This document shows positions 26,300-41,637 of a stretch of 64,000 nt of DNA, one piece after another (within the stretch, counting starts at the first letter, position 1; each line of letters starts with the position of its first letter). The notes beneath the pieces were generated by a model. The model saw nothing but the letters and a program-made list of their open reading frames with translations, did no database searches and had not been told where the DNA came from. This DNA comes from Octopus vulgaris (lineage: Eukaryota), in contig OX597814.1 in assembly GCA_951406725.2 (NCBI GenBank), positions 59,086,001 through 59,150,000 of the forward strand, written 5' to 3'. The position numbers and the translations under genes were made by a program.

Positions 26300-29200
26300 T
26301 AAAACTGATATTCACCCGACCTGTGAGAGCTACATGATGAACAATTGAAGATTTATTCTTTCGTGCGTAACTGCTCTCTATATTTATTTGATCTGTCAAT
26401 CTACCCTGAGCTGCATTCTATATTGCCGCTCTCTGTTCACACGATGGGACAATAATGCATATTTGGTGCGTTTAAATAGCTACTTGTGGTATAACAGAGT
26501 TAACTTTATTGGCAAATCCCCATATAAGGAATTATATCACACGCTGAATTCTTCTATATTGAGAAAACATTTTGTATCGGTAAGTGTTATATCCTTAAAT
26601 CCTGAAAAATGTTTCAGCCGAAGGCTGTGGCGATGCTGGGGCACCAGAGATACAGAGTGAGAGAGGAACGAGATAATGGGAGGGAGGCCTAAATTAATGA
26701 TGTCGATCACTTATTCCCTGTAGAATGCGTGCAGCTACGTAAGTATCTGCTGCACTAGTGTGCTTTAGTAAATGAACGCAAAAAACAGCTAAACCGATTG
26801 TTGTAGAACTACAGGTTTAACTGATGCTGAATATCAACGTTTTCAGACCTAAATGCACTCACTGTTTCTCTTTCCCTATTTCCTTCTGTCACTGCGTTTA
26901 TACGTTATGGAATTATCAAACTTCATTAAAGAGGCGCGTAAGTGAAGGCTGTTATATGTAGCTACATGTTATTCTATAAATAACATCTAAGCTGCTTGAA
27001 GTAATGATATGCAATATTTTTCCCCTTTTAAGAAACTTGGACATTTCGGATAGCATAGGGTTGTTTTCTAAGATAGTCACAACACCAGATAGAGGGAAAT
27101 GTCCATTATATCGATTTCAGTTTTCGACTTGTATTGTAACTGATGTTTTACTCTATTGACTTTGATACGATAACATGTAAAATAATCGTCCTCAGCGAGA
27201 ACTGAAACCACAATGGAAATAATCGGCAAATAAATACTGCTTTACAATGTTTTCAATGTTCTAAAGTTTCTACCAATTCACCCAACTCATTTTTAAGTAT
27301 TAGATTACATTAGATTACAAGTAACTCCTCATAATCTAGGCTTTGTCAAGTGCTAGAAAACAAAAGCAACAACATGTTATTTCGGAAGTGGCCAACCATA
27401 TACACTATGTCAATAACTGTATTCGTTCAGGTTGATGAAATGTTAAAAAATACTTGATTACTATCCGAGAGAAAAGCTACCATGAATTTGTAATGGAAGC
27501 TTCTACATGGTTATTTGAACATATTCTTTAAAGAAACATAACTAATAATGCACGATCATATATCAGGTGCTCTTCCGTTTCTGCTAATCCATCGGCCTAT
27601 AATATGAATATAACAAAACATGAAATCACAGTATAGTTGAAGCCATAAGCACTCATAATAAAATGGAATTCTGGTGGAATGTCACAGTGAAAAGCTCAAC
27701 AAGGTATAAGTTCAATTATCCTGACGAAATGATTTGGGATAAAGAGGAGAAACCGTGTACAAATCGGGGTGGGGATTTGCATCTTCTTGTTGTTTGTCTA
27801 CATCTGACGTATCGATACGAAACATTGTAACAAAAATCAGTGATGGCTATAATTTCTATAGAACAGCTGTTGAGATAGCGTTAACAAAATAATGTAAAAA
27901 ACACTGCTAACGCGGCACAACGTGATATTGACTTATAAACACATTCAATATATTTTATAGTATATTATGGTTGCATAACGAAGTACCACGTATCTACAAA
28001 TCATTAGGTGTGATAGAAAGTCTTGGACGTGGTTATTTATATTAAAACAATAAAATATTTACTTTTAATGTACATAACAAGAAATAAATGGTACGATGGG
28101 TGCTTATTCTTTGGAGTTAATCGTTCGATGAAATCAGTGACAATTGTCATTATGTTGAATTACTTGTGCATTTTTATCTTCTTCCAAATGGAAAACTGTT
28201 GAAATATTCGTAGATTGTAAAATAAATTCCTAATATATTTTAATCACATACAATAAAATCTTAAAATAATGACATCGTTCCTGATGCCTACAATATTCAG
28301 ATTACGATTTAATTTTTCATCAGTTCTCTCTTTGCATTACCCAACTCCCTCCCCCCCCAAAAAAAATGGCTAATCAAACATCATTGCAGCTGATAAACTC
28401 TACAATAAAAAGGGAATATTTAGAGTAAATGATGTTAGTCTCTCAGTGGATGCTTTATTTATATTCGTCTTTTTTTTTAAATAGGGAACTTATGCGCTAT
28501 ACTTCATATATGAATAAAAGTAATTATATTACTGAACTTCCACAGCAAGTATGTGCATATTGCAGGGGTTCTCACGACATTTCTAGTAGTTTCAGACAAT
28601 CTTTCTATTGTTTGATGGTTTACAATTAAAAACCAGAATTCTCTGAGACTGATTATACTCTCAAGATAGGTCTTCTGTCAATACTAGCTGAATACGTAAC
28701 ATGCGTTTGTTCTAATATTGACGGTGGTGATATAATCACAATTCACCTTGTTTTATCACTGGAAAGCGTCGAACGCTCAAAATCTAATTATACGAAAGAA
28801 AACCATTGGGATTTAGAATCTACTTGGTGTCATTTTTCAATTGTATCCGTCACACAAAAATTCATTTGAACATGTTTATTTCAGACTTTCTGAGGATATG
28901 AAACCCCAAAATTAAGAACTTTGTCATAATTTTTCGCGCGTTAGTGGTTTTGAAAATGAACCTCATTCCCCTTTTATTCAAATAGTAAATTTCAGTTCTC
29001 TTAAGAGTTTCGGAAAAATATTATATTTGTAACAAAATTCAAATTTTCTTAGATACTGTAGACGACATATTTCCTAGACAAGAGTATCATCATATATATA
29101 CTTTGTAAATCTCCAAATAAGAAAAAAGAAAAACATTATGTAGATGAATGTACATCACTAACAGTGTCAACATAGGCGTTACATCCAATTAAAGAAGCTT

Positions 29201-30659
29201 ATGCATATGATAAATACATATAAAGAGTCAAAGATTTGATATGTACAGTTAGATAAAGTTTGTCAGCCTTCTTTATCAATAAGTATTTTATTTTGAAGTT
29301 CAGATATATCATCGACATGAAAAATTAGATCCATGAACCTTTGAAAATTATATTTTGATTTCCTTACATATACAACTAGGTTTTCTCCAAAGCATTAAAT
29401 CACTTCTCAAGATAGACTCACCTATGAGAGTTGCATTATATTCGTTCTAGTCGAAAATGTTATTCAATTACAAAACAGCTGTGTCGTTACAACCACAGAA
29501 TTATGTTATTTAATTGATATCACATCAAAATCTTTGCAGAATTTTTAGAATACTTCCGATACACTAAATATTTACTACCGGTAAAATATGCGTCTACCAG
29601 ACCCCTGATAATTTGACAACCTATTTAGAAACTACTTTCAATTTAAAAAAAAACTAGAATGGTGAGTGGTGCGGAGGATTGTTGATACTGCAGCAAACAA
29701 TATACGATGTCACACAGTAATTAGTTTCTTTCTTCGAATGTGAACAGTTCAATAAAGTAAAAAGAACGTCTTTGGCATTCACCAATTAAATTTGAAAAGA
29801 GACAAAAACGTTTACAAGAAATAAATGGAAAGAGAGGGAGACAGAGAGAGAGAGAGACAGAGAGAGAGAGACCAATGTTAATCTGATCATTCAAATGCAT
29901 GCACTTCACGTAAATTATCGAAAATGGAAGCATTAAATGTGAATTGATATTCAGTTTGATTTTGAATTCAGATATTATAACACAATTAATTACTCTACGC
30001 TAATTAGTACTTCAGTCTAACAATGTCCCCAGACTCACATTCCTTTAGAATAAGGAATGGGACAAGACCCTGCTTCATGAATAATGAACTGGCGTAGTGA
30101 TTTTAATAGGACTATGTTACTTATTTTAACAACTCCGTGATGATAAAATGTAAATGGCTGCCCAGAGTATTGAAAAAATGGCAATGACAATCTAAGAAAA
30201 AGCTAATCAATAACAACAAACCACAAAAATTGGGGAGTTTGAAAAATAAACCGTAGTATGAATTAGTTCAACTTAAATAGATAGAATGAATGATTAACAA
30301 TTTGCATATTCTTAATCACAAATGCGTTGTTTTTCTAAACATTATTGCTCTTATTCAAGTTATTAACAACAGAATGTCAATGTAATGCAAAATTCTTAGA
30401 GGGGGCAAACACATAGAATTTTTCAAGCGTAAAACAAAATATCCCGCATTTTTTGTTCTCCGCATTCTGGTGTCCAATCAAGCTACGATTAAATTTTCTA
30501 GTAGCGTATTTTGTGTCTACTCACAATATGCTCTGCTATTATTCTCTAGCATTTCCTTTCGCTGAAGAATAATTGTCTAATCTATGGTTATATTTCAATA
30601 CAATAACGATACATTGGGCGGTATATATGTCATCGTAATCGTTGGCTTCTCCCTCCCCT

Positions 30660-30766
30660 CCTCCTCTTTTTCTTCTTCTTCTTCTTTCTCTTTTTCTTCT
30701 TCTTGTTCTTCTTGTTCTTCTTGTTCTTCGTGTTGTTGTTGTTGTTGTTGTTGTTCTTCTTTTTCT

Positions 30767-30798
<32 letters not shown>

Positions 30799-30814
30799 TT
30801 CTTCTTCTTCTTCT
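30660..30814. repeat. (TTC)n/(TTG)n compound microsatellite
   Basis: Direct reading. Confidence 0.93.
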
Positions 30815-31824
30815 TTGACTTACGCTCTACAGACAAATTCATAGATTCTCTTAAAATTTTTACATCTGAATAAAAAAAAGCCATGGCTAGTGTGATGCAG
30901 GTGGCTTTTGTATTTTGGAATTTAGACATAAGATGAAATTTTTATATAGATTTAGCATCATTTATTTGTGTTCATAGCACTTTCACAGCTTTCAGTTAAT
31001 GAGGAAAACAAAAATTGTATCAAATATAAATGTTTTATTCGAAATCGAAATAGCAAATGAAAAAAGTTAAAAAAAGAAATGATTCACATGTTATTTTGAT
31101 TAGACGCAATTTGCGTAGAATCTAATTTATATATTTTTTTAATTATTATTTTATTCACTTTGGTGCATTTTGCTTGGAACTCCACCATAGTGTTAGACCT
31201 TTCATTAATTTGAAGAAAAAAAACCAAGTGTTCCATCATCATAATGTAGTTCATATTATACACTATGCCTTCAATGTATTCAGTGCTTTTCATATCGAAG
31301 AAAAGAAACGCTTGTGTCATTTTCGGTTTGAAGCATTTTATAAAAAAAAAACGCAGAGGAATTTCAATATTTATTCATTATTTTTATGATGTATTCTTCT
31401 ATTCTGATAACTGTTCTTTTATTCTTTGATACATTGCTCTCATCTCCTTCATCAATAAAGTATTTTTTCCTACTGGACTGTTACGCTGTTTCCGCCAACC
31501 TTGGAATAAATGCCAGTTAAGTGATATCACGCTGTCATTTTCAAGTGAATTAGCTTTTACGATTGTTTGCTTGCATCATTTTAGCATATTTATACGCACA
31601 CGAACTCGCACGTACACACACTAAAAAATGCATACCCATTACACAAACGTATACCTTATCACGTGTGCACACACACACACATACACTCTGTCTCTCCCCT
31701 CCCTCTCTGTATCTATCTATCTATCTATTTATATATATACATACATATATATATTGTATATATAATATATATATACATATACATCTATACATACATATAT
31801 ACATATATATCTATACATATATAT

Positions 31825-31889
<65 letters not shown>

Positions 31890-33319
31890 TATATATTCAT
31901 ATATATGTATATATATAAGGAGAGAGATAAATGCTAATACGAATGTACAATTACTCTCTTGTGCCTCCTTATTCTTTACCACGAACCATTATTTCTACGT
32001 TATTTAGTTGTTCATTTATATATATTTACAGCAGTTTCTGATTTTTATCTTTTCTGATTCTATTTTTTTTCTTAATACAATTTTTGTTTATTTTCCCCAC
32101 CTCAGCATCAGACTAAGTTTCTCATTATTCATCCTTCTTCCTTTCTGTACTTGTCACTTTTTTATGGACGATTCCATTTTGTATTCTTTTTATTGACTTT
32201 TGCATAATCGTCTTTTATTTTATTTCAACCTCATTTATCGTAGTTGATCTTGTTTATTGTGTTTTACAGACCCCTGACAGTGCTTCAACTATTACATAAT
32301 ATCTTGAAGCTCTACGTTCGCATTAATAATTTGTATATTCAGCCTCCCGATATATCTTTTCAATCTGCTGTATACAAATAAATGAATCGGTTAAAATGGA
32401 TGAAATTTGAAGCAGTGTATTTTTAGCTGAGCAGAATGTGAATTTATTTGTTGGGTGAAATACAACGATCTTTGCTAATCAAATAAAGACGTATAACGAT
32501 GACGATAGTATGTATATTTTCGAATCTTATATAGATCTGTTGAAATATTTTTCAGGAAAAGAACACAAACATTTATATAACATCTCTTTAAACTTACGCA
32601 TCCTATTTCATGTCTATTACAACGAATACGTATGTTGTATTTAATGGGTCCGGTAATCGAAACCTGTCTTCCGTATTTTGAAGTCCTATCCAATGCATAT
32701 TCAGTCTTACATCCAGCTGGAAGTACTACTCTGCCAGTAAATTAAGAGTGGATGTACAGTCCTTCGAAGATTTGAAAGTTTATCACAAAGCTTCAAGTAA
32801 AAGTTAGACCCAGTATTAAAATATTCTAAAAATTATAAAAATACGCTGTAAGGAAATAATTTGTTGTCATACATTTATTGAATAACAATGATTTAAAACT
32901 TAATATACTGGTATATAAACAAGTAGTGTCTTCATACCGGCTCGATAAAGCTTGTCATCTAATTCCGTTTACATTGAATACATAATACATTCACTACATT
33001 AAATTTCTGAAAAAGGAGAAAGTATTACAAATACTTTTTAAACTTCTCCTGTGGTTAGATTTATTTAAAGGAATAAATAGCGAGTGTTCGTTGAAAGGTC
33101 AACGCATATTCATCGCCTCTGCGGCTGTTTAGTTTATTAAATAACCAAACTTCTCGTAGGTTTCTCTGCGATTCACCCACTTTAAAGGTTTCAAATATAG
33201 AGAATACTGAAGGCATTCGTAATTTACCTTTGAATCCTACTTGAAATATTGTTTTGTGTAAAGTGTTGGTGTGAGATTTTCTGCTCTGATATAAATGAAA
33301 AAGATAATGATTCATTCTA

Positions 33320-33700
33320 CATTGGTACGAGGCCAGCTATATTGAGAGGAGAGAGGAGTGAAGTCATTGCATCGACCCCGGTTGTCAATTAGTATTTATA
33401 TTATCGGCTTCGAAAGGATGAAATGAAAAGTTGAGGTCGGTGGAATTTGAACATAGAAAGTAAAGAGTCAGACAATCTAAGTATTCTCTTTTTATAATAA
33501 ACAAAAATTTTTCAATGCATAAAATTGCGGTGGCAGGTGAGCCGATTACACCAAACACAGTGCTTCATTGATCAATATTTCATCAATCACGAAAGGATTA
33601 AAAGGCGGAATCGACGTCGGATAAATCAGAAAGTAGAACAGAATATTGGAACAAAGCATTTTCTTCAAGGAGCTAACACTTTTACCAGTTCGACACCTTT
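33320..33700 (-). mobile_element. Two old, diverged SINE family A fragments
   Basis: ATCGACCCCGG..TTATCGGCTTCGAAAGGATGAAA..GGTGGAATTTGAAC and CACGAAAGGATTAAAAGGCGGAATCGACGTCGG resemble 1-190. Confidence 0.6.
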
Positions 33701-33737
33701 AATGAGAACAATAACAATAATAAAAATAATAATGATG

Positions 33738-33930
<193 letters not shown>

Positions 33931-34049
33931 GAAAGCGCAGTATGTCTTCATATTCTACCATTTATACTTCCTTCCCGAATTCTCAGTTTAATAAACGCAC
34001 ATGTTAGATGAAAAGTTAAATCGTATATATATAACTTAGATAACTTAGA

Positions 34050-34520
34050 TTGGTTTTCGGCCTAGGCCATGACTGACTCAATAGCACCACCTTAATTTTT
34101 TCGGGACACTGAAATTATTTCGGGACACCATGGACCACTCAAGCAGAGACTTGTTGTTGGTTAAGAGGTATCCAGGTGGTTTCTCCGGTATTTCCTGGAG
34201 GAATTTGTCGAGGAAACGTTTGAATGTTGTGGAAGCTTTTTCTACTTTTCGTACAACATTGAAAAGTGCAGGAACATTTGCAGTGAAGTAATTGTGTCGC
34301 AATGTTCTTATATGATGTTATCTCGACCTTTATAGGGGGCAAATTGCACGGGGCCTACTCTTGAGTGAATTGTAAATATAATACCAGTATCATTTGGATA
34401 ATATCGGTGAAATGTTTTCCACATGGTGTAAATAATGTATTACCGATCACGGCGGTGTTGCAGAGAATAGAGCTTCAGCCGTTCGAGTTGTGCCCAATAA
34501 TGAAGTCCCATCATGCCATT
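34050..34520 (-). mobile_element. CR1/L2-group LINE 3' fragment
   Basis: Translations GLHYWAQLERLKLYSLQHRRDR and PALFNVV...FKRFLDKFLQEIPEKP...KSLLEW, typical of the ORF2 C-terminus of this group. Confidence 0.75.
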
Positions 34521-34869
34521 TATTTATTTATTCTTTTGTGTGTGTGATCGATCTTTGTATATCATTTAGCTCTTATGGAGTTTAATTTTCGGTACAGTTA
34601 CTTTCCCAACTCTGAATATACAATGATTGGTTCAGGTTGTACAAAATGGGGCATATTGAGAAGCGGTTATCCACCTTAAATCACATGGTTTCACTTTCAG
34701 AAAAAAGCCAGTAAGAACGGTAAACAATGGGATAAAAACGTCAAAGGAAATATTGGAATAAAAAAATAGAAATATAGATGTAAAGGAATTAAAAGCTTGA
34801 CTATTTGAGTCGAAATTAATATGGTTAGTGCAATTAATTCAAAGCTAAAACTGTGTGACACAGCATGCT

Positions 34870-35280
34870 TAATTTAGAGGGAGAGTTATTTTCCAGGCCA
34901 ATTCAATACAAGAATCTTCTCCAGTTGTGTACAGTTAATGCAAATTACAAATCCAGAGTCAGTAGATGAGTTCTTATAACTAAAAAAGTATATGCAATTT
35001 TTCTGTCGGACAGAGCCATTAATTTATCGCGTGGATCACGCATTGTTTTAGCAGTGTTTTGCATGTTTTGGGTGGTGTACTATTGAAAATCAGGTCCCAG
35101 ATATGGTTAGCTAACTTCGTGATTTTCTTCTTACAGAGATGCCTGAAACAATTTTTTCTTTTAATGTGTCGTATTCTGAAAATAGTTGCTTGGAGCAGTA
35201 AATGGTTGTTTGGAAACATGAGAAGTGAAACAATTCCTGTTTTATAAATTATCCCTCTGAAGGTCTTAAATTTCAAAACT
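34870..35280 (-). mobile_element. Penelope-like element GIY-YIG endonuclease remnant
   Basis: GIIYK...FRIRHIKRKNCFRH...TKLANHIWDL, followed by LCPTEKLHILF. Confidence 0.7.
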
Positions 35281-35361
35281 AATTATGATCTCTGGATGAA
35301 GGTCTATACTCATGAAATACTGATACACGCGACGTGAAGTGAGTCAATCCATATATATATT

Positions 35362-35442
<81 letters not shown>

Positions 35443-35445
<3 letters not shown>

Positions 35446-35900
35446 TTGGCTAGCTACGCATGGGGTTTGAAGCCCAACTCCACACTACATACCATCAAGT
35501 TCAAAATCCTGGAGAAATCCGAGAAATACAAAGTGTATGTTAATGTATCTAAGAAATGCAACTCATACATAGCAGAAATATCTCATAGATCTCATTGCTC
35601 TTAGATCCAACAATTCCACTTCGCATCTTAATTCGAAGTCTGAAAATCTTAGCAGGTGCAAGCACTAGAACAACATTCAGTTGTCGAAATGGAGAACAGA
35701 ATCCTCGGAGGAAGAGGTTGTTGTCTCGCAGGCTGCATTAACTGTGATTTTTGCAATCACGAAGGCGTAGATCTTGGTTATCTTGCTTTCGTTTCTTTCT
35801 TCAGGTTCCATTTATTTCCAACAAACTTCGCGTTTTTTCTCTTATTTTTCTTATTATATCACTAACAAGCATCCTGATTTTTATAATGTAACTCACGGAG
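35443..35900 (+). mobile_element. Penelope-like element C-terminal remnant plus 3' UTR-like sequence, starting at (TA)n
   Basis: KLASYAWGLKPNSTLHTIKFKILEKSEKY...KKCNSYIAEISH, then after a frameshift LNSKSENLSRCKH*N. This matches the PLE endonuclease C-terminal pattern LS.YIW.LK..I.W.IL..C.LC..E..LN.RSE...CRH. Confidence 0.72.
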
Positions 35901-36010
35901 AAAGAGAGCTTCAAATATTCATTTGCAATAATGACATACTCTACATGGCAATGCATGGCGATAAATCGCGCGCGCGTGTGTGTATGTATGCATATTTAAT
36001 ATATTCATAG

Positions 36011-36409
36011 GGCGGCGAGCTGGCAGAAACGTTAGCATGCCGGGCGAAATTCTTAGCGGTATTTCATCTGCCGTTACGTTCTGAGTTCAAATTCCGCCGA
36101 GGTCGACTTTGCCTTTCATCCTTTCGGGGCCGATTAAATAAGAACCATTTACGCACTGGGGTCGATTTAATCGACTTAATCCGTTTGTCTGTCCACGTTT
36201 GTCCTCTCTATGTTTGGCCCCTTGTGGGTAGTAAAGAAATAGGTATTTCATCTGCCCTTACATTCTGAGTTAAATTCCACCGAGGTCAACTTTGCCTTTC
36301 ATCCTTCCGGGTCGATTAAATAAGTATCAGTTACGCACTGGGGTCGATGTAATCGACGAAATCTACTTGTTTCTCCCCTCTCTGTTTAGCTTCCTCTGTA
36401 CAATAAAGA
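36011..36409 (+). mobile_element. SINE family A, full length, with a tandemly duplicated body and TSD
   Basis: A-box-like TGGCAGAAACG, B box AGTTCAAATTCC. Body repeated (36058-36241 and 36242-36409). 13-bp TSD AATATATTCATAG (35998-36010 and 36410-36422). Confidence 0.9.
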
Positions 36410-39109
36410 AATATATTCATAGCTGCTCTTCTACCGACTGGTATTTTTGCATGCATGGATAAAACATTGAGAGTTTTTTCATAAATTGTAGGGGCTTATT
36501 GGACAACAAACCAAGTGAAAAGCATTCTGGAACACTTTTTTTTTTGTTTTGAATACTTACGTATGTAACGTTTCAGTTAATAGGGAAATTTTATATATCA
36601 TTTCTAGTTCGATACACTATTAACAATCTCATTTAAAGATTTTCTTTGCGAATATGGTTTTCACTGAAATTGCTATAGAAAACTGGAATTATATGTTTAA
36701 GTTGATAACTGGCAGTTTTAAATCGATTACAAAATATTCCAAAGCTGCACCCTCTATATGTTCCAACAATGGCATTTGGTACATAGTTCCCGTCCATTCC
36801 TTTGTAGTTTCTACGAATATATTTTCTTCAGAATGATATTGTCCACCTCTACATTTTAATGACAAAAGTGCGTGTTGTAAATAAAATGCAACTGCTATTT
36901 TTGGCAGGTATGTTGATCTCGTAAAAATTCTATTTGGCTTCTAGAGGCAGGCCTGATAATGCTCTTGTATATTTTCAATACACTATTGAAAACAACTTCC
37001 CTGTCTGTAAATGTTTTTTTTTTATCATTTATTTCTAAAAATATTATATAAATTCTGATTTTTCCTTCCATCGCAAAAAAAAATGCCACACTGAGAAAGA
37101 CTCCTTGATGGTAACTATTAAAAGGAAATACTCTCACATCTCATCGGTTTTAGTTAATAGCATTGTACACTACTACGTGTAAAGTTTTTTTCTTATGTAC
37201 GTCGAGGAGCATTAACTAACAAAACTGTACAAGGTATATAATATAAAACTGCTAACATCAGCATTCGTAAACGTGGTGAGATTTTGCTGGAAGAGTAGTT
37301 TACAGGAGTAACTTTGTGAAAGGAAGACTTAAAATCAGTATCCACAGTGCTTTACAAAGAGAGTGTCTGCTCTTCTACTGAATAAGTCTCCTGAAGTCCA
37401 TTGTTTCGCCTGGAATAACTGCAATCTTTGATTCGGTAAACAGAAACACAATTGAGATATTTTTGTAAATTGAAACAATAATCTACAAAACCATCTCTGG
37501 TTTTGGGCTTCAATCGATAAGAAATATTTTTTAAAAAAAGCTGCAAATATTAGGAGACAAGCAAAAAGAAAAAGATAATAAAACATCGAAATTTGAAGTG
37601 AAGGAAAACAGAACAAAGGAGGTTTGAGAGTTCGAAAATTTATTGGAATCTTGAAAAAAAAAAATAAAGACAAAATCACAAGAGCATATATATATATATA
37701 TATACAGTTGTGATTTTGGAAAAAAAAATCTTTTCACTACTCATTAACAAACTGCAAAGAATGTTTCATACTAACGCATTTCTTAGGAATAATGGATGTC
37801 TAATTCGTAAATAAAAAACATATAATAAATATGATAAAAATTATTCAAAATCCTAAGGCTGGAAAGTATACATAGAATCTGTAGAAATAGAAAACAAATG
37901 TTCAATAGAGTAGAAAGAAAAAATATACATAAAATAAACTAAATCAAGCGGAGAGATACCTTGCATGAGAAACGTGCTAAAGTTGTTCCTGGCAATATTA
38001 GTATTAGCTATTATATAAAGAACAAGATACAGATTCTCTAATACACCTTAACAGATTCAGAGTGCGAGATTGAAAGAAAAATACAACATTAGCTAAAGAA
38101 AAAATTCATATGAAACCAAAAGCTATTTTAGATTTAATAATCCAATAACTTCATCAATATTTCAGAAGCAAAAACATAGCAACAACAATCTTGTATGAGC
38201 TTAATACATGCGTCGAAAGCAATTTTGGGAGCCTGAAGTGAAAGAAATAGACATCTTTTTTGCGACAAATATGTGATAGCAAAGAAGCTTTCAAATGAAT
38301 CAAAAGTATGAGAGATCAAATTTTCCTTTAATGACCGTTTGTTTTATAACGTCTCTTAATTAAGCGAAATGGCAAAATGAAATGGAAAAAAACATATAAT
38401 TAATTAAATCGATCCAGAAATTTACGACTATTCCTTTCAACCTTATTAGTGGGAAGAAAGCCAATAGCCACAATGCGGAAATTGGAAATAAATATGAAGG
38501 CACCGAATATACATCGCTGCTACTCGATCACTTTCCCTTATTTGATAATTGATTCATTATTTAGGCAACGTGCCACGTATTATTCGTGGATAAAAAACAC
38601 TATATCCACAGATAGCCAGTCAATGCAGAACTCTTGTCCTGTATTTGAGTATACTTGAAAGAACTGTCTCAGGATTATTAATTGCTGACTCGGTCTGATA
38701 GTGATACAAATAGCAGTTGTTGTTGTCCCAGCTATCTGAAAGGCTATATACTCTTCACTTCATTTAGATTTATATACGTGCAACGTAGAAATTGAGAGCT
38801 AATTAGACATAACGTTGAGAAAATAATGAGATACCTTTTTTCTTTCGTACCTATTCATAAAATATGACGCAGCGATCTGACAACATGTTTAAAGAGTAGT
38901 ATGGAAGGTGCTGTAAACTTTCTTTCGACTATTTAAGTCTTGTGTTCAAATTTCACTTAGGTCAACTTTGATGCTCAATCTTTCGGCATAGATAAGACAA
39001 AGAATCATTTAAGTACCAAGGTTGATGCCATCATCACATCCATCAAAAAATAAAAAAATTGCTTGTACTATGCCAAAATTTGATACTGTTATCATTCTTT
39101 AAAATCGGC

Positions 39110-39222
39110 TAGTTAACAGAATCAATATGACACCGGAAAATGCTTCACGGTATTTTTTTCCGGCTTTACGTTATGGGTACCAATAACGCCGAAGTCGACT
39201 TTGCTTTTATCCTTTCGTGGTA
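39110..39222 (+). mobile_element. Diverged SINE family A fragment
   Basis: AAATGCTTCACGGTATTT...CGCCGAAGTCGACTTTGCTTTTATCCTTTCG. Confidence 0.65.
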
Positions 39223-39551
39223 GAAATTTCTTATACAAACTGATCGACAGCTCACTGATTTAGAGTAGTACTTCCCTCAGGTGATCTGTATATGCGCATA
39301 GCATACACTGTGACTTTTGTCACTGAGAGGTATAAGAAGTTATATAAAGGGACTGAGAATAGATGTGACATTCAGTGTTGATATATGTTAGACGTGAAGG
39401 AGATTGTAGAACTGGTCAGAGGTTCCTTTCTTCTTTTCTATGACACGCATGCAAGCATGCGTTCGAAGTTACATTCTGTATATTTATATATTTGTGTGTG
39501 TATGTGTGTTTATGTGTGTAATATGCAAATGTATATACGCATATATATATC

Positions 39552-39601
<50 letters not shown>

Positions 39602-40307
39602 AGAGAGAGAGAGAGAGAGGCAGGCAGACGGACAGACAAACACAGACACAGACACGCAGACACACACATACAGACACGCAGACAGACACAGACACAGACA
39701 CACAAAGAGAAGCAGACAGAGAAAAAGACAGAGCAGGAGGAGATAGAGAGAGATGGGGAGAAAAGGTAAGAAGAAAGTGACACAAATATATTTTTGAGTT
39801 CGATAAAAATGGGGGATTACTCGGTACTGCTTTCTTAAAGGAGAATAAAAGCTATTATTCATTCTTTATATGATTTGGGTATGAGACGCACAAATTATAG
39901 CTGTAGCCGTTTTTCTCGAAGCCTTGCAGCCTATGTAAACACAGACTGGATGGCCTCTTGGGTAGCAGCTCTTCAAAAGCAATCATGGTATTTCGGTTTG
40001 ATGGATGAGATTTTATATGCAATGGAAAGATTCTTGATGATAATAGCTTGTGTCAGCTGCCTTATTTCTCTTATTGTTGGGCAAAATAATAAACGGCATT
40101 AAGTCCGGCATTTCTTTAAGTTCGAAATTGTCCGAGGCCGATACAATAAGTCACAGTTGTGTACTAGGGTGGAGGTAATCGACATACCCCCACCACCACC
40201 ACCACCACAGTCACAATTTGCTGGCCTTGGGACAAAAATTGAGACCATTAATTAACAGTAAAATATACAAAAATTGGCATATAAATACATGTGTGTAATT
40301 GTGTCTG

Positions 40308-40349
<42 letters not shown>

Positions 40350-40554
40350 CACACACACATTTATATACATATATATACATATATACATATATATATATAT
40401 ATATGTATATACATATATATATATGTATATGTATATATATTTATTTATATATATGTGTGTGTATATGTATATATGTATATATATATATACATAAATATAT
40501 ATATATCCATGTATATGTATGTATATTTTTGCATGTATATATATACATATACAT

Positions 40555-40599
<45 letters not shown>

Positions 40600-41582
40600 T
40601 ATTTATATTCACAATTACACTGATTTACAATTTTAGTCAATGTTTCCAAGTATTAACTTTTATCGGCAGTGTCCAGTCTGTTGTCGGGATATTTTCGAGC
40701 ACAACATCTGTATAAGATGAATACCGCAGGATGAATACCCCCGTAAATTTGCCTACGAATTGCATATTTGTATTAAATGATACGCTGATGACTCACTCAC
40801 TCTCCCTTCTTTTCTGCTAATCCTCTCTCTCTCTTCCTTCACTGTCCCTCTTATAGACTGTGTATAATTCTTGAAAGATTTAAAATCACTGTGGTTAAAA
40901 AAGCTCAGTGCTTATGTACCTAAAGTGTATGTTTACTTATATATAATTATATAACTTGTAACTATCTACATATTTTAAAACATTTAACTCATTAGTATTT
41001 AAAATAACGTATACATGTAAGTGCATTCAGATTGTTCATATGTGCATATGTATACACAGCTGCAATATGTTTTTAGTAATCTCTCAATGTGATAAAGAAT
41101 GCGTATTTTTGTAATGTAGAATACGTGCGTTCATTTTCTCAGAAGCAAATACACTTTCACTTGAAAACATACAGGCATTCTTACATACACCAATGCGCAG
41201 AAATACATACCTGCACACACGCACTCTCGCACATACACATAGTTATCTACGAAAGTATAACAGAAACTGATTATGAGATTAAACACATGCGTATGCCTGT
41301 GATAATAATAGATGCATATAATTATGTGGCTGCTTGCATGCATGTTGCTTCCTGGGTGGAAGAAGAAAATAGAAATGATTACAGTTATTAAAATCAGAAC
41401 TACTAGCTATTATACTACCGAGCAAATAGTAACATATAGTTTATTTACAATATATAAATAACTAAGGTGGGATATTATTTACAATACATATATGGTAGCA
41501 CATTCGCAGTGTATGTGCACATACACATAAAGGCACTCACACATATATATACATACATACGTGCATACATATGCACACTCCC

Positions 41583-41637
<55 letters not shown>

